NCBI GenBank assembly: GCA_951406725.2
Contig: OX597814.1
Span: forward strand, 60,698,001 to 60,762,000
Reading direction: 5' to 3'
DNA length: 64,000 nucleotides
Origin: Octopus vulgaris
Lineage: Eukaryota
Of this stretch, positions 26,014 to 39,927 are shown in pieces; the stretch's first letter is position 1; every line of letters begins with the position of its first letter. The notes under the pieces were generated by a model, which worked only from the letters and a program-made list of their open reading frames with translations, did no database searches and was not told the DNA's origin. The position numbers were made by a program, and so were the translations under genes.

Positions 26014-26520
26014 TTAAATCAGTACCTCTCTCTCTCTCTCCTCTATCCCATCTCCCCTTTCCTCGCAGTCTATATTGTACATATTAGATGTGTTAGTAGT
26101 GTTGTTTCTAATTCCTACATCACCATTAATATTATTCTCATTGTAGGAGTTTAAACTAGTGTTGACAATATTATTATTATTATTAACTCCTCTTGTCAAT
26201 TTTATATTCTTTCTATTTAACCTGGCTATGATGGTACCTATATTGGGGAGGGTTGAATACAAGATTCTGTCTTATGAGAAAATATTCTATTATATCTATG
26301 GGAAGCAGGGAAGTTTCTTAGTAAAATTGCCATAACTTTCATATATATGTTGGTGGACACGGCACAGTTGAAGGGAACATTATACTAGACCAAATCATTA
26401 TTTTCAGACCTCTTACATATGTAAGGGTGGAATCTACCTACTCTTTCAATGCCTTCCAAACTCACGACTTGATTATTAGGTATCGCTATACTATCAGCAT
26501 TTTTATTATCATTAGAGGGT
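26014..26520 (-). pseudogene. Naiad PLE linker fragment
   Basis: YNVPFNCAVSTNI...RNFPASHRYNRIFS...YSTLPNIGTIIARLNRKNI, homologous to IWFVIPF...NFP...FSNTKNLAQIIASHN of the intact ORF; followed by an Asn-rich stretch. Confidence 0.7.
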
Positions 26521-27682
26521 GGCATAATCAGTTACTTAAGTCTTTGCAAGATGGTTATACTATATCCATATAAATGTATAAATATTTGTGTATGTGCATA
26601 TGTACATGTGTGCACATATATAAATATGTGTGTGTATCTGTACACATCCTTTTTTTTTTTTTCCTGATTCATGGCTTAAAATTAATATATAGATAGCATG
26701 CTCATCGTTCCAGTTATTCCATAAGTAAATGTTCTGAGCAGTCTTTATAGAAACCACCTAATAAGTAATTAAGTACATGAATGAATATTAAACTGATTCT
26801 ATGTAATCTTTCTTTTTTAATGTTTATAATTGATATATACACACATTTTACCTATTTTGGTTATGATATCATTTTTGAAAATCTTAAATTTTATTTTTAC
26901 ACAGCATAACAATATTGTTTATAAAGAATCACCCATAGTGCCCCAAGATAAAATTTCCCCTTTTTTAACATCCTAGGTTTCTTAGCATCTTGCACCTTTA
27001 ACTGGTAATTAACATCATGATTTAAAGTCTTCCCCTATCTAGTTTCTTTTTATAGACAGTTACTTTATATCCAGTTGACTACTCCTAATGTCTTCTTTCC
27101 TCCCTGCAGAAAAGGGATACAAATGACAATATTTATGACCATACCTAGCCAAGAGCTGTCAACTTACTCTTGCCCCTTATTCAAAACAGACATGTCTTCT
27201 AGGTTTAGATTTAGTAGTTGATAAAGACATAAATGAATTAGAAATAAATTACAATCCTTTACAAGCTATCACCCCAATGGGCTTCATGCAATTCTTGGAA
27301 GTGTAGTCTATTCTTAGCTACAATAGTGACAACATGAATTTCTTCCATCTTTTTGCTCTGTTAAAGTATTTGAGAAAAATTATATTAATGTGTCTGACTG
27401 CTTAAAATTCTATTTATTCATTTGGCACTACTTTTAAATTGATGTAATGATTGCATTGTTCAATTAAATGGAGCCGCTAGAAACAGTTGTACTGCATCAC
27501 TACAGTTGCTTATTTTGATTATATATATATCTGTAATATAATATGTGACAATTATTCAGTTGCCATAATAAGACTCCGAGTTTCGGATGTTGGGGTGGAA
27601 AACTGCTTTGGCAACTCGTCAGTTATCGAGGTAATCAAAAAATGCTATGAGAATGACCATTAAACAAAGGGAAATTACTATG

Positions 27683-28987
27683 TAATTGACAATTATTAAG
27701 ACAAAAGAGCTATTAGAATGACTATAAAATAAGGGGGAAAACTGAAGAGGAGAAAGTAAATATGTAAAAATGCTCATAGAAATTGTGTATGCGCACATGT
27801 ACATACATATACATGTGCACACACATACCCATGCACATGTGCCTATATGTATATGTTCACTCACACTTGCATGAAACACATACATGCACACCCACACATA
27901 TGCCTATATATGCACATATATATATATGCAACCATGCATGTACACGTATAATATCCACACACACACATATATACACACGTGCACATACCCATATGCACAC
28001 AATTATATTCAAATACACGTCTAAACTATACACATGCTATATATGCATATGTTCACTCACACTTGTGTGAAATACATGCATGTACACCCACATATCTATG
28101 CAACCATACACATGTACATATATACATACCTACACACATGCACACACACGTGTATATACCCCTACACGCACAAAAAAGTTTATAAACACATCTATATACA
28201 CATATGCACAAGAAAATGCAGGGTGAAAGGTAAAATACAGAAAAAATGTGTAAAAATATATAAAGCAATAAAATTTTTTTAAATATCTATAGATATGTAA
28301 AAAATATGTAAAAAAATATATGCATTTGAGTATGTCTATGTCTGTATTATCAGACAATTGCAAAAAAATGTTTAAAAAAATTCACAACTCTGCAAAAACC
28401 TGGTACGAATACTTCATGGTTCAAAACGTATTTTTTACATATTCTTTACATATTTTTTATGTATTTTTTACATATTCTTTAGATATTTTTTACATTTTTT
28501 AACACATTTTTTACATATTTTTTATATATTTTTTATATAATTTTTACTTCTTTTTTACATATTTAAAGATATAGTTTTATATTTATATTGCTTATATATT
28601 TTACACATTTTTTTCTGTATTTTACCTTTCACCTTGCATTTTTCTTGTGCATGTGCATATTAGACATGTATATGAACTTTTTGTGTGTGTAGCGGTATAT
28701 ACACATGTGTGTGTGTGTATGTATATATGTACATGTATATATACATGCGTATGGTTGCATATATATCTGTGTGTACATCCATGTGTTTCACGTGAGTGTG
28801 TGTGAGCATATGCATATAGGCACATGTATGTGAGTGTGCGTGCACACATGTGTATGTATGTACATGCATGCATACATGATTTCTGAGCATTTTTACTTCT
28901 TTATTTTTTTACTTTCTCCCCTTCAGTTTTTTCCCCTTATTTAATGGTCATTCTAATAGCTCTTTTGTCTTAATAACAGTCAATTAT
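27683..28987. mobile_element. Foldback-like ~1.3 kb palindromic element
   Basis: Arms ~27683-28310 and ~28430-28987 are imperfect reverse complements (attaagacaaaagagctattagaatgac / gtcattctaatagctcttttgtcttaat) around a short unique spacer. Confidence 0.85.
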
Positions 28988-28990
28988 ATG

Positions 28991-29049
<59 letters not shown>

Positions 29050-30456
29050 CAGGCTTCTTTCATTTTCTGTCTGCCAAATCCACTCACAAGGCTTTTGTCA
29101 GCCCAGAGCAATAGTTGATGACACTGGCCCAAGGTGCCACGCAGTGGGACTGAACCCAGAACCATTTGGTTAGTAAGCAAGCTACTTACCACACAGCCAC
29201 CCCTGCACCTATATATATAGATATATGTGTGTATGTTTATATATATCCACATTATGTATATATATATATATATATATACATACACTATTTAAAACAATTT
29301 GATTCAGTTCCATGTGCCTTAAAGTTTCACTGGCCTCTAACAGTAACCCTCTCTTTCAGACTGTAGATGACCAAAAGAGATGGGCCTCAGTTAGATGTCT
29401 GCTAAACTTTAAGTTGCATAGAAATAAATAAAACTGTTTTAAATAATGCATGTAACTCCTACTAAATGTGTTAAGTGTCCTTTTCTTTCATTTGTCCATT
29501 CTTAGGTGCACACATGCACACAGACACACACACACATAAAATGTGAAGCTCTGATATCATTTTTATTCCCACTTAAAAGAAATTCTCTGTCTGTCAGGTC
29601 TTTTAAAAATTTTAATAATGAAACTCCTTACTGACTGGATTCCTATGACTACAACAGAAATTGTTTTAACTGTGTTTTCTTTTTCGCTCATTAATTGATA
29701 TCCCTTCTTAATTGTAGCAATAGTGGTCATTAAAAATGGTAGTAGTACAACTGAGTAGTACAACCATGGTTTCAATCACAATTTGAATTTTGAATAGCGT
29801 CATTTTCACAAATGTACTTTCACTACCTCTACTGCCACTGCCATCACCAACAGCAGCATAATGTTAGCGTTTGACATAGATTTTATAGCTCTCTCATACT
29901 GTATATCACCAACCAATCTTTGTCTTTCATCAGCTCATCTGTGAGTATCAGCATTATGATATGATCTCACCAACTGTTCTAAGGTTGTCTTTGATCTGCA
30001 TCTTTCAGCAGCACCCTTTACTGATATAATGCAATATTTTATTACTCTGCATTCATTATACATTCACATCATATTATCATACGCACAAACACACACACAC
30101 ACAGAGTTAGTTCACCTGCACAAATCAGTTGATATTTTTAATGGTCAATTTACCCTTTCCATCCACTTGTGCTCCACCTTTCATGCAGATTAACATCAAA
30201 CATACAACAGGTGTAAATAAATGCAATCCTTTCCCTATGTCAGTAGATGTTCAGCATTCAGTGGCTGTGTCTCACTACCATGTAGCATCACATTCAGAAA
30301 GCATGAAACACCTTCTTGTGACTTTCAAGTTCAAAACAAACTGGAAACGCCAAAAGATTTCAGTAACACAAAAGGACATTAAAAAAAATATCTTTCCTAC
30401 TGATCAATTATAAGATTATGAATTAAACAGCTATATATATATATATATATATATAT

Positions 30457-30895
30457 ACTAACAGCTAAGCCCGGTTTCCCTTGGTCGATTTGGATGATGT
30501 GGCTGTAAAACCTGCTCTGTGTAATCATTCGACTTGTTTGGGCACAATTTTAGAATGACATTTTTTCTGTCAAAACACTAAAAATAACTGACGAACAAAA
30601 AAAAAAGCCAACCAAGATTCAACCAAATGAAAAAAATAAACCCAAATACTAAGTGAACAAAGATAAACCATCCCACTTCCATTGCGCGTGCACATGCACG
30701 TACACACATATTTACATATCCCCTTTTACATACACACACATATATTCACACAGAGTTGAAACGCTGTTTGATTTATTTCTTCAGTGTACAATTTTCATCA
30801 TCTCACTACCAAGTATGATATCACTCGTTACTTCCTTATTCATCTATCACGCCTTCCTTTCTCATCCATAAACACAAGACTATTATTATAGTAGA
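30457..30895 (+). mobile_element. Possible non-autonomous Helitron-like element
   Basis: Starts tactaacagctaagcccgg after (TA)n and ends attattatagtagat, resembling Lep1-type termini; no coding sequence. Confidence 0.35.
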
Positions 30896-32462
30896 TTATC
30901 TCAGTAACCAAGGGAGCTATGAAAAATACAAAGCCCAGCATCAACACTGGATCATTCTACACATCTGTGTAATTTTTCTTGCAATTCCACCCAGCCGTGA
31001 ATCCCAAGACAAGAAAGAATCACCCATGTCAAATTTATATGTATATATATATGTATTTATCACAACTGCTAGACAAAGAGGAAAGTGATGTGGTAAAACA
31101 CTTGCTTCCCAGTCTCATGGTGCCAGGTTCAGTCCCACTGGGTAGCACCTTGGGCAAGTATCTTCTACTATAGTCTCAGGCCAACCAAAGCCTTGTGAGT
31201 GATTTAGGTAGATGGAAACTGAAAGAAGCCTGTCATATGTGTGTGTGCCTTAGTGTCTGTGTTTATCTCCAATGACCACTTGACAGCTGATTCTGTTGTG
31301 TTTACATCCCCATAACTTAGCAGTTCAGCAAAAGAGATTGGTAAGATAAACACCAGGCTTTAATAAAAATAACTACTAGGATCAATTCATTCCACTAAAG
31401 AATTTTCGAGGTGATGCCCCAGCATGGCTGCAGTTTGATGACTGAAACAAGTAAAAAAGGTAAATGATACAGACAAACTCATACACACAGGCACAGGTGT
31501 GGCTCTGTGGTAAGAAACTAGCTTCCCAACCACATGGTTCCAGATTCAGTCCTACTGTGTGGCACATTAAGCATGTGTTTTCTACTATAATCTCAAGCCA
31601 ACCAAATCCTTGAGAGTGAATTTGGTAGACGGATACTGAAAGAGGCCCATCATATGTGTGTGCGTATGTGCCCTCATCACTATGTGACAACTGGTGTTGG
31701 TATGTTTATATCCCTGTAACTTAGTTGTTCGGAAAAAGTGACCAGTTGAATAAGTACTAGGCTTAAAAGAAGAAGTCCTGAGGTCAATTTGTTCAACTAA
31801 AACCCTTCAAAGCAGTGCCTCAGCATGGCCACAGTCAAATGACTGAAATGAGTTAAACAATACATACATATATATATTAGAAATAGCATCTGCAATTGGA
31901 CTGAAAGTGTTAATACAAATCTGCTGGTATAATCTTTATCCGTGTATTTGTTGCTATATCATTGTAACTTTGAAAAGCACTTCAGAATAATATTGACAGA
32001 ATGTAGAATGACATTTAAAAAATATCACAGTACATCTTGTTTTTATATGACCATTGTCACCACTAGCTTTATAGCTGATGGCATTCCATACTTTAAGCCA
32101 TTCTAGATAAGCAAAATGGAAAGAAAAGCTGATGTAAAGAGAATAAAACTGGTCTAATTCATACTTTGCAAATATGATTACTGCTGCTAAAGTATCAGAT
32201 AACAACAAAGTTTGATAGCTTTCCTATAAGCTTTTTTCCAATATTTGTAGGTGAAGATGACAGAGAAGTGCTAGGTTAAACTCATTCTAGATTAAATTTA
32301 TTAAATGGCAGTCTCCAGACCTTTACAGATTTCAGAGCTTAACACTAAAAACAACAGTGAATGTTCCAGAACATAAACTATATGAAGCAAACATCTTGAT
32401 GCTTTGGGTGCAGACAAGGAAAATAAATAGATATTCTTATGATAATAAAATGTCTTAACATA

Positions 32463-32999
32463 CAGGGTGGGGCAGAGAGGACAGACGTTTTAGAAATGGT
32501 TATTACTCAGCCCAAGGGGCAGGGAGATATGTCCGACAGATACCATTCAGTCTGTGGAGTCTTAGCATTTTTTTTCAAGGTGAAGCCATAGCACTGTGGA
32601 CAACAGAGCATTGTGTGTTTGCCTATGACAGTTACACATCAGACAAGCTTTGATTCAGAGTCCAAATCACTCTGCTCGGAGGCATTCCACTGAACTTGAC
32701 ATCAGTAATCAATCGGTAAGGTGTATTTTGCATGAAAACCTGCATTTCCACCTGTACAAATTGGTCATTGGGCAACAGTTGGAACCATGGGACTATGCAC
32801 AGAGTAATGATAGAGAGAGTGGAGGCCAACTTCCAAGAACACCTTCAGAAATACATCAATGAAAATGGACACCATATGATGGATATTATTTTCCACACTT
32901 GATTTTGAAAAATGCTAATTCAATACAAATACATAGATGTCAATAAAATTTGTTTGCAGCTAAATTTTCAAAAGCATCCATCCTCTCTGCCCCACCCTG
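32463..32999 (+). mobile_element. Internally deleted Tc1/mariner-superfamily transposon
   Basis: TIRs CAGGGTGGGGCAGAGAGGA / TCCTCTCTGCCCCACCCTG, TA TSD. Transposase remnants WTTEHCVFAYDSY, SPNHSARRHSTEL...LHFHLYKL, C-terminal NGHHMMDIIF; catalytic core missing. Confidence 0.88.
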
Positions 33000-33241
33000 T
33001 AGTTATTCTAAATTGTCTCTTATTCAAAGGTAGAAAAAATTAGTATATAATTATAATTATATCAATTTTATAATTGTATTAAGCACAGGTGTGGCTGTGG
33101 GGTAAGAAGCTTGATTCTTAACCACATGGTTCCAGGTTCAGTCCCACTGTGTGGTACCTTCAGCAAGTGTTTTCTGTTATAGTCTTGGGCCAACCAAAGC
33201 CTTGTGAGTGGCTTTAATAGATGGAAATTGGAAAAAAAACT

Positions 33242-33276
<35 letters not shown>

Positions 33277-35111
33277 TTAGAGACTGTTTGTTCTCCACCA
33301 CCACTATTACCACTTGACAACTGGTGCTGGTGTGCTTATGTCTCTGTAACCTAGCAGTTCAGCAAAAGAGACAGATAGAATAAGTATCAGGCTTCAAAAA
33401 AAAACAAGTCAACACGTTTGACTGAAAAAATTCTTCAAGGAGATGCCCCAGAATGGCCACAGTTTAATGACTGAAACAAGTAAAAAATAAAAGATATAAT
33501 GATCAATATTTCTTTTATTCTTTTACTTGTTTTAGTCATTTAACTGTGGCCATACTGGAGCACTGCCTTAAAGGATTTTGTAGTCAAAGAAATCAACCCC
33601 AGGACTTCTTCTTTGTAAGCTTAGTACTTACTCTATCAGTCTCTTTTGCTGAACTGCCAGGTTACAAGGGACATAAACACATGAACATCAGTTGTCAAGT
33701 GATGGTGGGAGGACAGATAGAAAGACACACACACACATAAATATATATATATATGTATGTATATATATACACGCATACATACACAACAGACTTTTAGTTT
33801 CCATCTACCAAACCCACTCACAAGGCATTGGTCGACCCAAGGCTATAGAAGACACTCCTCCAAGGTGTCACGCAATGAGACTAAACCCAGAACCATGTGG
33901 TTGGGAAGCAAGCTTCTTACCACACAGCCACACCTGTGCCTATAACAGTAATATAATAGTAATTATATTCATTTCTATGTTTATTACAGGAAAACCATAT
34001 GCCTATTCCTTATTTTAACCAAGCCATCACCAGGAGAATCAAATGTAATTAATCTGAGGCAACTAAATATAGCACTGCACTCTAACACTCTCACATCTAT
34101 CATACCTTATTTTGGCTATAAATGGCTGTTTTATTTCTTAATAATCATATTGAATTTGACTGTTAAAGGCCTCTCATTTGAACAGAGTCATATCAAAATC
34201 GTGATGTGTAAATCTATCTCTTCTAGTTTAGTACTGAAATAAGAGCAATGCACATTTTTTTCCAGTAATCCCTTATGATTACCCAGGTTACAAAGACTAT
34301 TATTATTCTATAGCAATATAATTATGATAAATAGATTAATAGGATTAACTAGATGGAATGATCCTGTTTGTGTTTTGGATTCAGCTTCTTTAATCTAAAC
34401 TGCACTTACAGTTGTTACCTTTATGGCCATTAGCAATATTTTGTATGTGTGTGTGTGTGTAAGTGAGAGAGTGTGTGTGTAGGTGTCAATGTGTGTATGT
34501 GTATCTGCCACTGTATATGAAGCTATATGTGCTAAGTCTAGTGAGATTAAGAAAAAACCAAACATGCCAAAAAATTAAATTATGTAAATGGATAGCCTTA
34601 CTTATGAATGTATAAACACATACACATGCTACATATAGCAGCTGATCTATGCTATTGATTGGGTAAAGAAGCTGTATATATGTCTTAGAAGAATTAACAA
34701 CCTGTGAAGCAGTGCATCAAGAGACTCCCTCCTTTCTATGCTTGAACATCAATAGTAGCATAGGGGAAAAAATAGACTTTATCATGCTTAAATTTAGTTC
34801 AGTAATTTTGATATATGCTATGTTGTGCATAAAACAGATAATGTTTAATTAATGATGAGTCAGCAGAAGTACAAATATGCAAATTAGGCTATCCGTCATG
34901 GTATTAGCTTGATTTAGGACAGCTTCATATAGCAAATGATCTAAGTTATTGACCTGTGAAAGAAGGGTATTAAAGAATATCATAAGGTATTGAAAGAATA
35001 AGAGAAAAACGAAATTGAATATACTTAAAATGGTACATTATTTACAATTGACAGATATTTGTCCTCATCTTGTTTGTTAGGAATGAGAACCCAGGTTCAA
35101 AATTTCCCCAA

Positions 35112-35157
35112 GACACCTGATGAAGGATGGAGGGTATATCAGCTGAAACGTTGTGTT
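35112..35157 (+). ncRNA. Minimal type I hammerhead ribozyme (second, decayed copy ~35368-35410)
   Basis: gacac-CTGATGA-aggatg...cagct-GAAA-CG-TT|gtgtt; palindromic AACGTT stem III; stem I gacac/gtgtt. Confidence 0.75.
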
Positions 35158-35218
35158 AACAACAAACAAGATGAGGACAAATATCTGTCGATTGTAAATA
35201 ATGTAAATAATGTACTTT

Positions 35219-35293
35219 GACGAGCTAGTTTTTGATGGTTAAGAGTGCGGGCTACTAACCCCAAGATTCCGAGTTCAATTCCAGGCAGTGACC
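35219..35293 (+). promoter_or_regulatory. tRNA-Ser(GCU)-derived Pol III head (not a functional tRNA)
   Basis: GACGAG start, gatggttaag D-loop, ggg-CTACTAA-ccc anticodon arm, B box gagttcaattcc; no variable arm or acceptor-stem closure. Confidence 0.65.
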
Positions 35294-36200
35294 TGAATAA
35301 TAATAACCACAACAACAACATCAAAAAATACCTTAGAAATAAGAACCCAAGTTCGAAATTTCCCCAAGACACCTGATGAAGGATGGAGGGTATATCAGCT
35401 GAAAAGTGTTAACAACAAGATGAGGACAAATATCCATCAATTGTAAATAATGTAAATAATGTACAATTCTTCATTTCTTAAATATAGAACTGTACTTCAA
35501 ATGGTGACAACTAGCTGTAGAATTTATAGTCAATATCAAGTAGGGTTTAAATATACATTGGTCAATAGTAATTCAGGAGAATAGAATTAACAGAATAATA
35601 GAAAACAGAATTGAAGTATATTTGGTCATGATATAAAATGATGACAACTATCTATAGAATACATATTGTTCTGTTTCATTATAGTGGTCATATTTCCAAG
35701 CTTACATGAATGAGTTGGATGATCTTCCTGGTGCCAACCCTAACCTGTTACTAAGCAGAGTAATCAATTTCCAGTCTATTAAACAATGAACACTCTGGCC
35801 ATACTTTTGCACAGAACTGCAAATGAATGACATCATTTGTTGTCAATAACCACCCTATTTTCCAACTCTTTTGTTTATGTATATTGTCTGGGGTTCTACC
35901 ATGATTTAATTAGTAATAATCTCTAATTTGAAATAGTCTCTAATTACTTTTTATGAGGAATTGTGGTCTTTGTTTACCAAAATCTGTTTTTTGGTTTTGG
36001 TAACAATTTCCAATGGTCCTCATACAATGGGTTATTTGCATCAGATTGCTTGGAACATCTTTGAGCCCAGTTAAGAATTTTTGTCCAGACTTCTCTTTGA
36101 CAGCTATTAAAGTTTGTATGATGTCTTCATCTCATGAGTGAATTAATGGTATAGTATCTGAAGGTATGAAAATAACATTCAGATTTTTGAGTAAAGACAG

Positions 36201-36625
36201 ATTACACTGCATAACTTTTTTTTTCTTTTTTTTTTCTGTCTTTGGTCAATAAGTGTTATTTCCTATCTAGAAATCAAAGGAAATGACTGTTATTCTCTTC
36301 AAGCTTTACTTTTGTGACCCGGACATCAATGTTTTGAAACTCACCTGTTTTCTACTACATTTCAAACAGATACAGGGCTGAGTTGCTGACCTTAGCCACT
36401 TGAGCGTATCCCTTAGTGGCTGACAATATGTACATCACTGATAATGAACAGGAGTAGTATGGAAGCATCATAGCTATGTGTTGAAAGAGATTCTTTGGGG
36501 TTTGAATAAATGTAACAAAAGCAAATTTTTAAGGAAATATTAGCCATTTTTCATACTTTCGAGAAGTAAGCAAATAGGAAATAAACAGTAGCTACCCAAG
36601 GACAAAACTTGTGTTACACTGTTAT
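36201..36625. mobile_element. Tc1-like MITE; second copy inverted at 40050-40533
   Basis: Termini resemble ta-cactgtgtaaca / tgttacacagtg-ta; interiors of the two copies align in opposite orientation. Confidence 0.7.
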
Positions 36626-36668
36626 TAGTGTGCTGATTAATCACCAACAAACATGACAATTTTTCACT

Positions 36669-36897
36669 TTAACCCTGTAGCATTTAGATTTCTCTATTAA
36701 ACGTAATGCATATTTATTCATAATATTTTGCATTAATCATGCATTACCTCAAAGCTTCAAGATTTTGATGATGTGATTGTTTATTCTTAGAATGACATTG
36801 TAGGATAGATGCAAGAGGCCAAATCTGGCTGGTTCAAACATAGGATAGAAGGAATATTTAGGCCAGATATGGATAGTTTAAATGCTGAAGTGTTAAT
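36669..36897. mobile_element. piggyBac-like MITE; related copies ~41755-41982 and 58178-58385
   Basis: TTAA-CCCT(T/G)TAGCATT ... AATGCTAAAGGG-TTAA type termini with shared interior. Confidence 0.7.
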
Positions 36898-39800
36898 TCT
36901 AAATTCCGCTTCAGTCACTAGTTCTCAAAAACTAACTGTAGTCAACCACAAATTTGTATAAGAAAAGTGTTGAACAGATAAGCTTTTGACACACTTAAAA
37001 TAACAGGGATTATTTTTTTCCAGTCATTACAAGCTCTTATTTCTGTCCGTTAAAATAAAAGAACTGTCAACTGACTCATTTGAAGATTTAAATGATTTCA
37101 CATTTTCAATTTTAAACAAAGTATGAACAGGTATAGCATACAAAATAATGCCCTGTTTCTTTTGTATCATAAATATTCTTATGATTTTCAATAATAATTT
37201 TTTAGTTATTTTCTCTTAATCCATACTTCAGCAGATAAAAAACCCAACTCTTTTCCCCTTCACCATGAACACATTCACACAATGTTCTCTTACTTTTTCC
37301 CACTTGTTAAACTATTCGCCACTTAGTATGGAATTTTCTTCCCCCATTTTTTTCCCCACTTTTGCTTTTTTACACTTCAGCAGTCCATTAATTGAAACTT
37401 TCTTTTCACAAACATTGTCAAACAAAATTTTAGTGCAGCATTTAGTTTGATTATCTTCACAAGATTAAACTCTCTTACAGTCTATGCTGCCATTAGTGGG
37501 TGCTGACTTTTCAATGGCAGAACTGTTTTTTTTTTTAATTACACTACAATGGCTGTAAATGCTTTGAATGCGAAAAGCAGATATATTGACTGAAAATGTT
37601 AATACCATTAACTATGGAAGCAGTTTTATCCCGCAGCCTTGAAAGAAAATCTCTGCTGCGAAAAGCGGAGACAACCCCAGTGACATTTTCTACAAAAGAC
37701 AATTTTTCAGATTTTCTTAAATTTTTCCACATTATTTCATCACATGTGTCTTTACAGAGAAAGAATCAAATACTTTTTCGCAATGGATATGAAAACCATA
37801 TATGCAAGGGACGTTGAAAAAGTATTGCAGAAGCACAAAATATCAATTCTATTTTTTAGTGGATAATTAACATCATTATCATGAACCTTTAACATCCATT
37901 TTCCATGCTGGCATGGGTTGGACAGCTTGGCAGGAACTGGCAAGACCAGGGGCCACACCAGGTTCCATAGTCTGTTTTGCATTGGTTTCTACTGATGGAT
38001 GCCCTTCCTAACACCAACCACTTTACAGAGTGTACTGGATGATGGTGATGATTTTTTTTAAAAATCACAGATTCCACAAGAGAAACAGAAACATGACTGG
38101 TATTACTCCTAACATTAACCCTCAAGTTTTAAAGATGATTGATGGAGTAGGAAGTCATAGCAATGATGAGCCTGCAGTTATCATCATCATCCTTCATAAC
38201 AAACCAACAAAACAGTCTCTTGTGCAGTAGACCTGCTAGAAACAGCAAACAAATTTCCCTCAAATCACACCCAACCATTTTTAAAAAGGATCATATGTTC
38301 ATAGCTAGAATGTTTGCAGTCATGTCTGTCTGCAATTAACAACAGTAACCACTCAAATAATAAGTTAAAACAGCAGCCTCTATGTGGCAGATCATCCTGC
38401 TAGAAATGCCAGTAAAATATTCAAAATAAACCAACATAATCATCGGACAGGAAATCTTGGATAATGTTGCCCAAGGTTCTCAGCTCATGAAAAAAAAGTT
38501 GGGATGGTCATAGTCAGCATGACTTTGATCATCAGTCTACTTGATCAACACTTAGCTGAGACTAAACAAACCACAACCACAATTGTAACAGTTATGGATA
38601 CCATTATAATAATGGAATTGATAATGAGCATATTAAGATAGTTACAATAGTGATGTTGATGATAATGGTGGTTGTGATGGTGATTGTTGTTGCTGTTATT
38701 ATCTAGTCACAGGTCAAATCTGATCAAACAAGCCTATGATTGAAGGTATTCTAGCCATTACCATACTCTCTATTCTTTGGATGCAATGCATCTAGGGCTG
38801 TCTTTTCTAATGTAACCTTCCTTTTTTTTTTACCACTGTGAAGATGTGATTCAAGGAAGATTTAACTGCTACTTGTAACAGATCAAAACGACCACATAAA
38901 GGCTTCCTCTGGGATGATGATGACGATGATGATGATGATGATGAGGGGGAGGAGGAGGAGGACAGCGACGATGATGACGATGACAAAATCTGTTGCTGAC
39001 AATGACAACAACAATTGCAGACATTGTCATGTTGAAGCATTGTATGACAATTACATGTGATGCTAGTTATGACAAATACACTTTAAAGAAGGAAGATTTG
39101 CTGTCATTTTGAAAAATGATGTGCCAAGAACTATAAATATTATCCTACATGTTACAGTAAATGGATGTGTGTTCATTTGTTATAAGATAACAATTGAAAG
39201 TGTTAATTTTATTTTTAATAGAAAGAATAAGAAATTAACTGTAATATCTATAAATAATTGTTCATACTCATTATTACACATTACAAATGATAAAAGAATC
39301 TAATATCTTTAAACAGTTATTCAAATCCATTATTATATATCACATATGATAAATAGATGCAATATCTTTCAATAATTGTCCAAATCCCTCGTTAGGAAAG
39401 ACATAATACCACATAAACCCAATTAAATAAGAGTCTAATTGTGTACAGTGAATATCAATGTCTCATTAATTTCTTTCCACAGCAATCCAACATGTCTTCA
39501 TCACATTGGTTGCCTTATAGTTTCCATCCTGCACTCTGCTTCCTACAATTTTCTTTGTTATTATTGTTGAATTATTTTCATTCTATCATTATATCATCAT
39601 CATCAACAACAACATTCAATGTCCATTTTCCAAGCTAGCATGGGTTGGACAGCTTGGCAGAAACTGGCAAGGTAAGGGGATGCACCAGGTTCCATAGTCT
39701 GTTTTAGCTTAGTTTCTACAGTTGGATGCCCTTCCTAACACTAACCACTCCAGAGTGTGCTAGGTCCTTTTCACATGGCACCAGCACCCACACTGATGCT

Positions 39801-39927
39801 TGTTCTAGGAAAATATTCATTCCTGAATATTTCAATTTTTTAGAAATATTGTTGCAGCATAGTCTATGCAGATATGCAGACTGCACTTCATATACATGTA
39901 TTTGCTTTAGTCAAAGGTCTGTTACAT

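Larger units (their letters stand above)
35035..35492 (+). mobile_element. Non-autonomous tRNA-head + hammerhead retroelement with PLE-like pLTR architecture
   Basis: 13-bp TSD tacttaaaatggt (35022-35034) / tacttcaaatggt (35493-35505); 256-bp-period direct repeat (35077/35333); 5' inverted segment 35033-35078; tRNA-like 35219-35293. Confidence 0.8.

Noticed and set aside
26900-27060. Possible further Naiad GIY-YIG C-terminal remnant
   Set aside because: Similarity is faint, cysteines are absent and the order is inconsistent with the 26.0-26.5 kb fragment.
35219-35293. Functional tRNA gene
   Set aside because: Acceptor stem does not close, Ser variable arm is missing, A box is degenerate; a SINE-type head. 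The same applies to the other tRNA-like heads.
37260-37820. Coding-looking unique sequence (also 31954-32208, 61802-62005, 63136-63363)
   Set aside because: Short frames with stops, no recognisable domain and no consistent splice structure.
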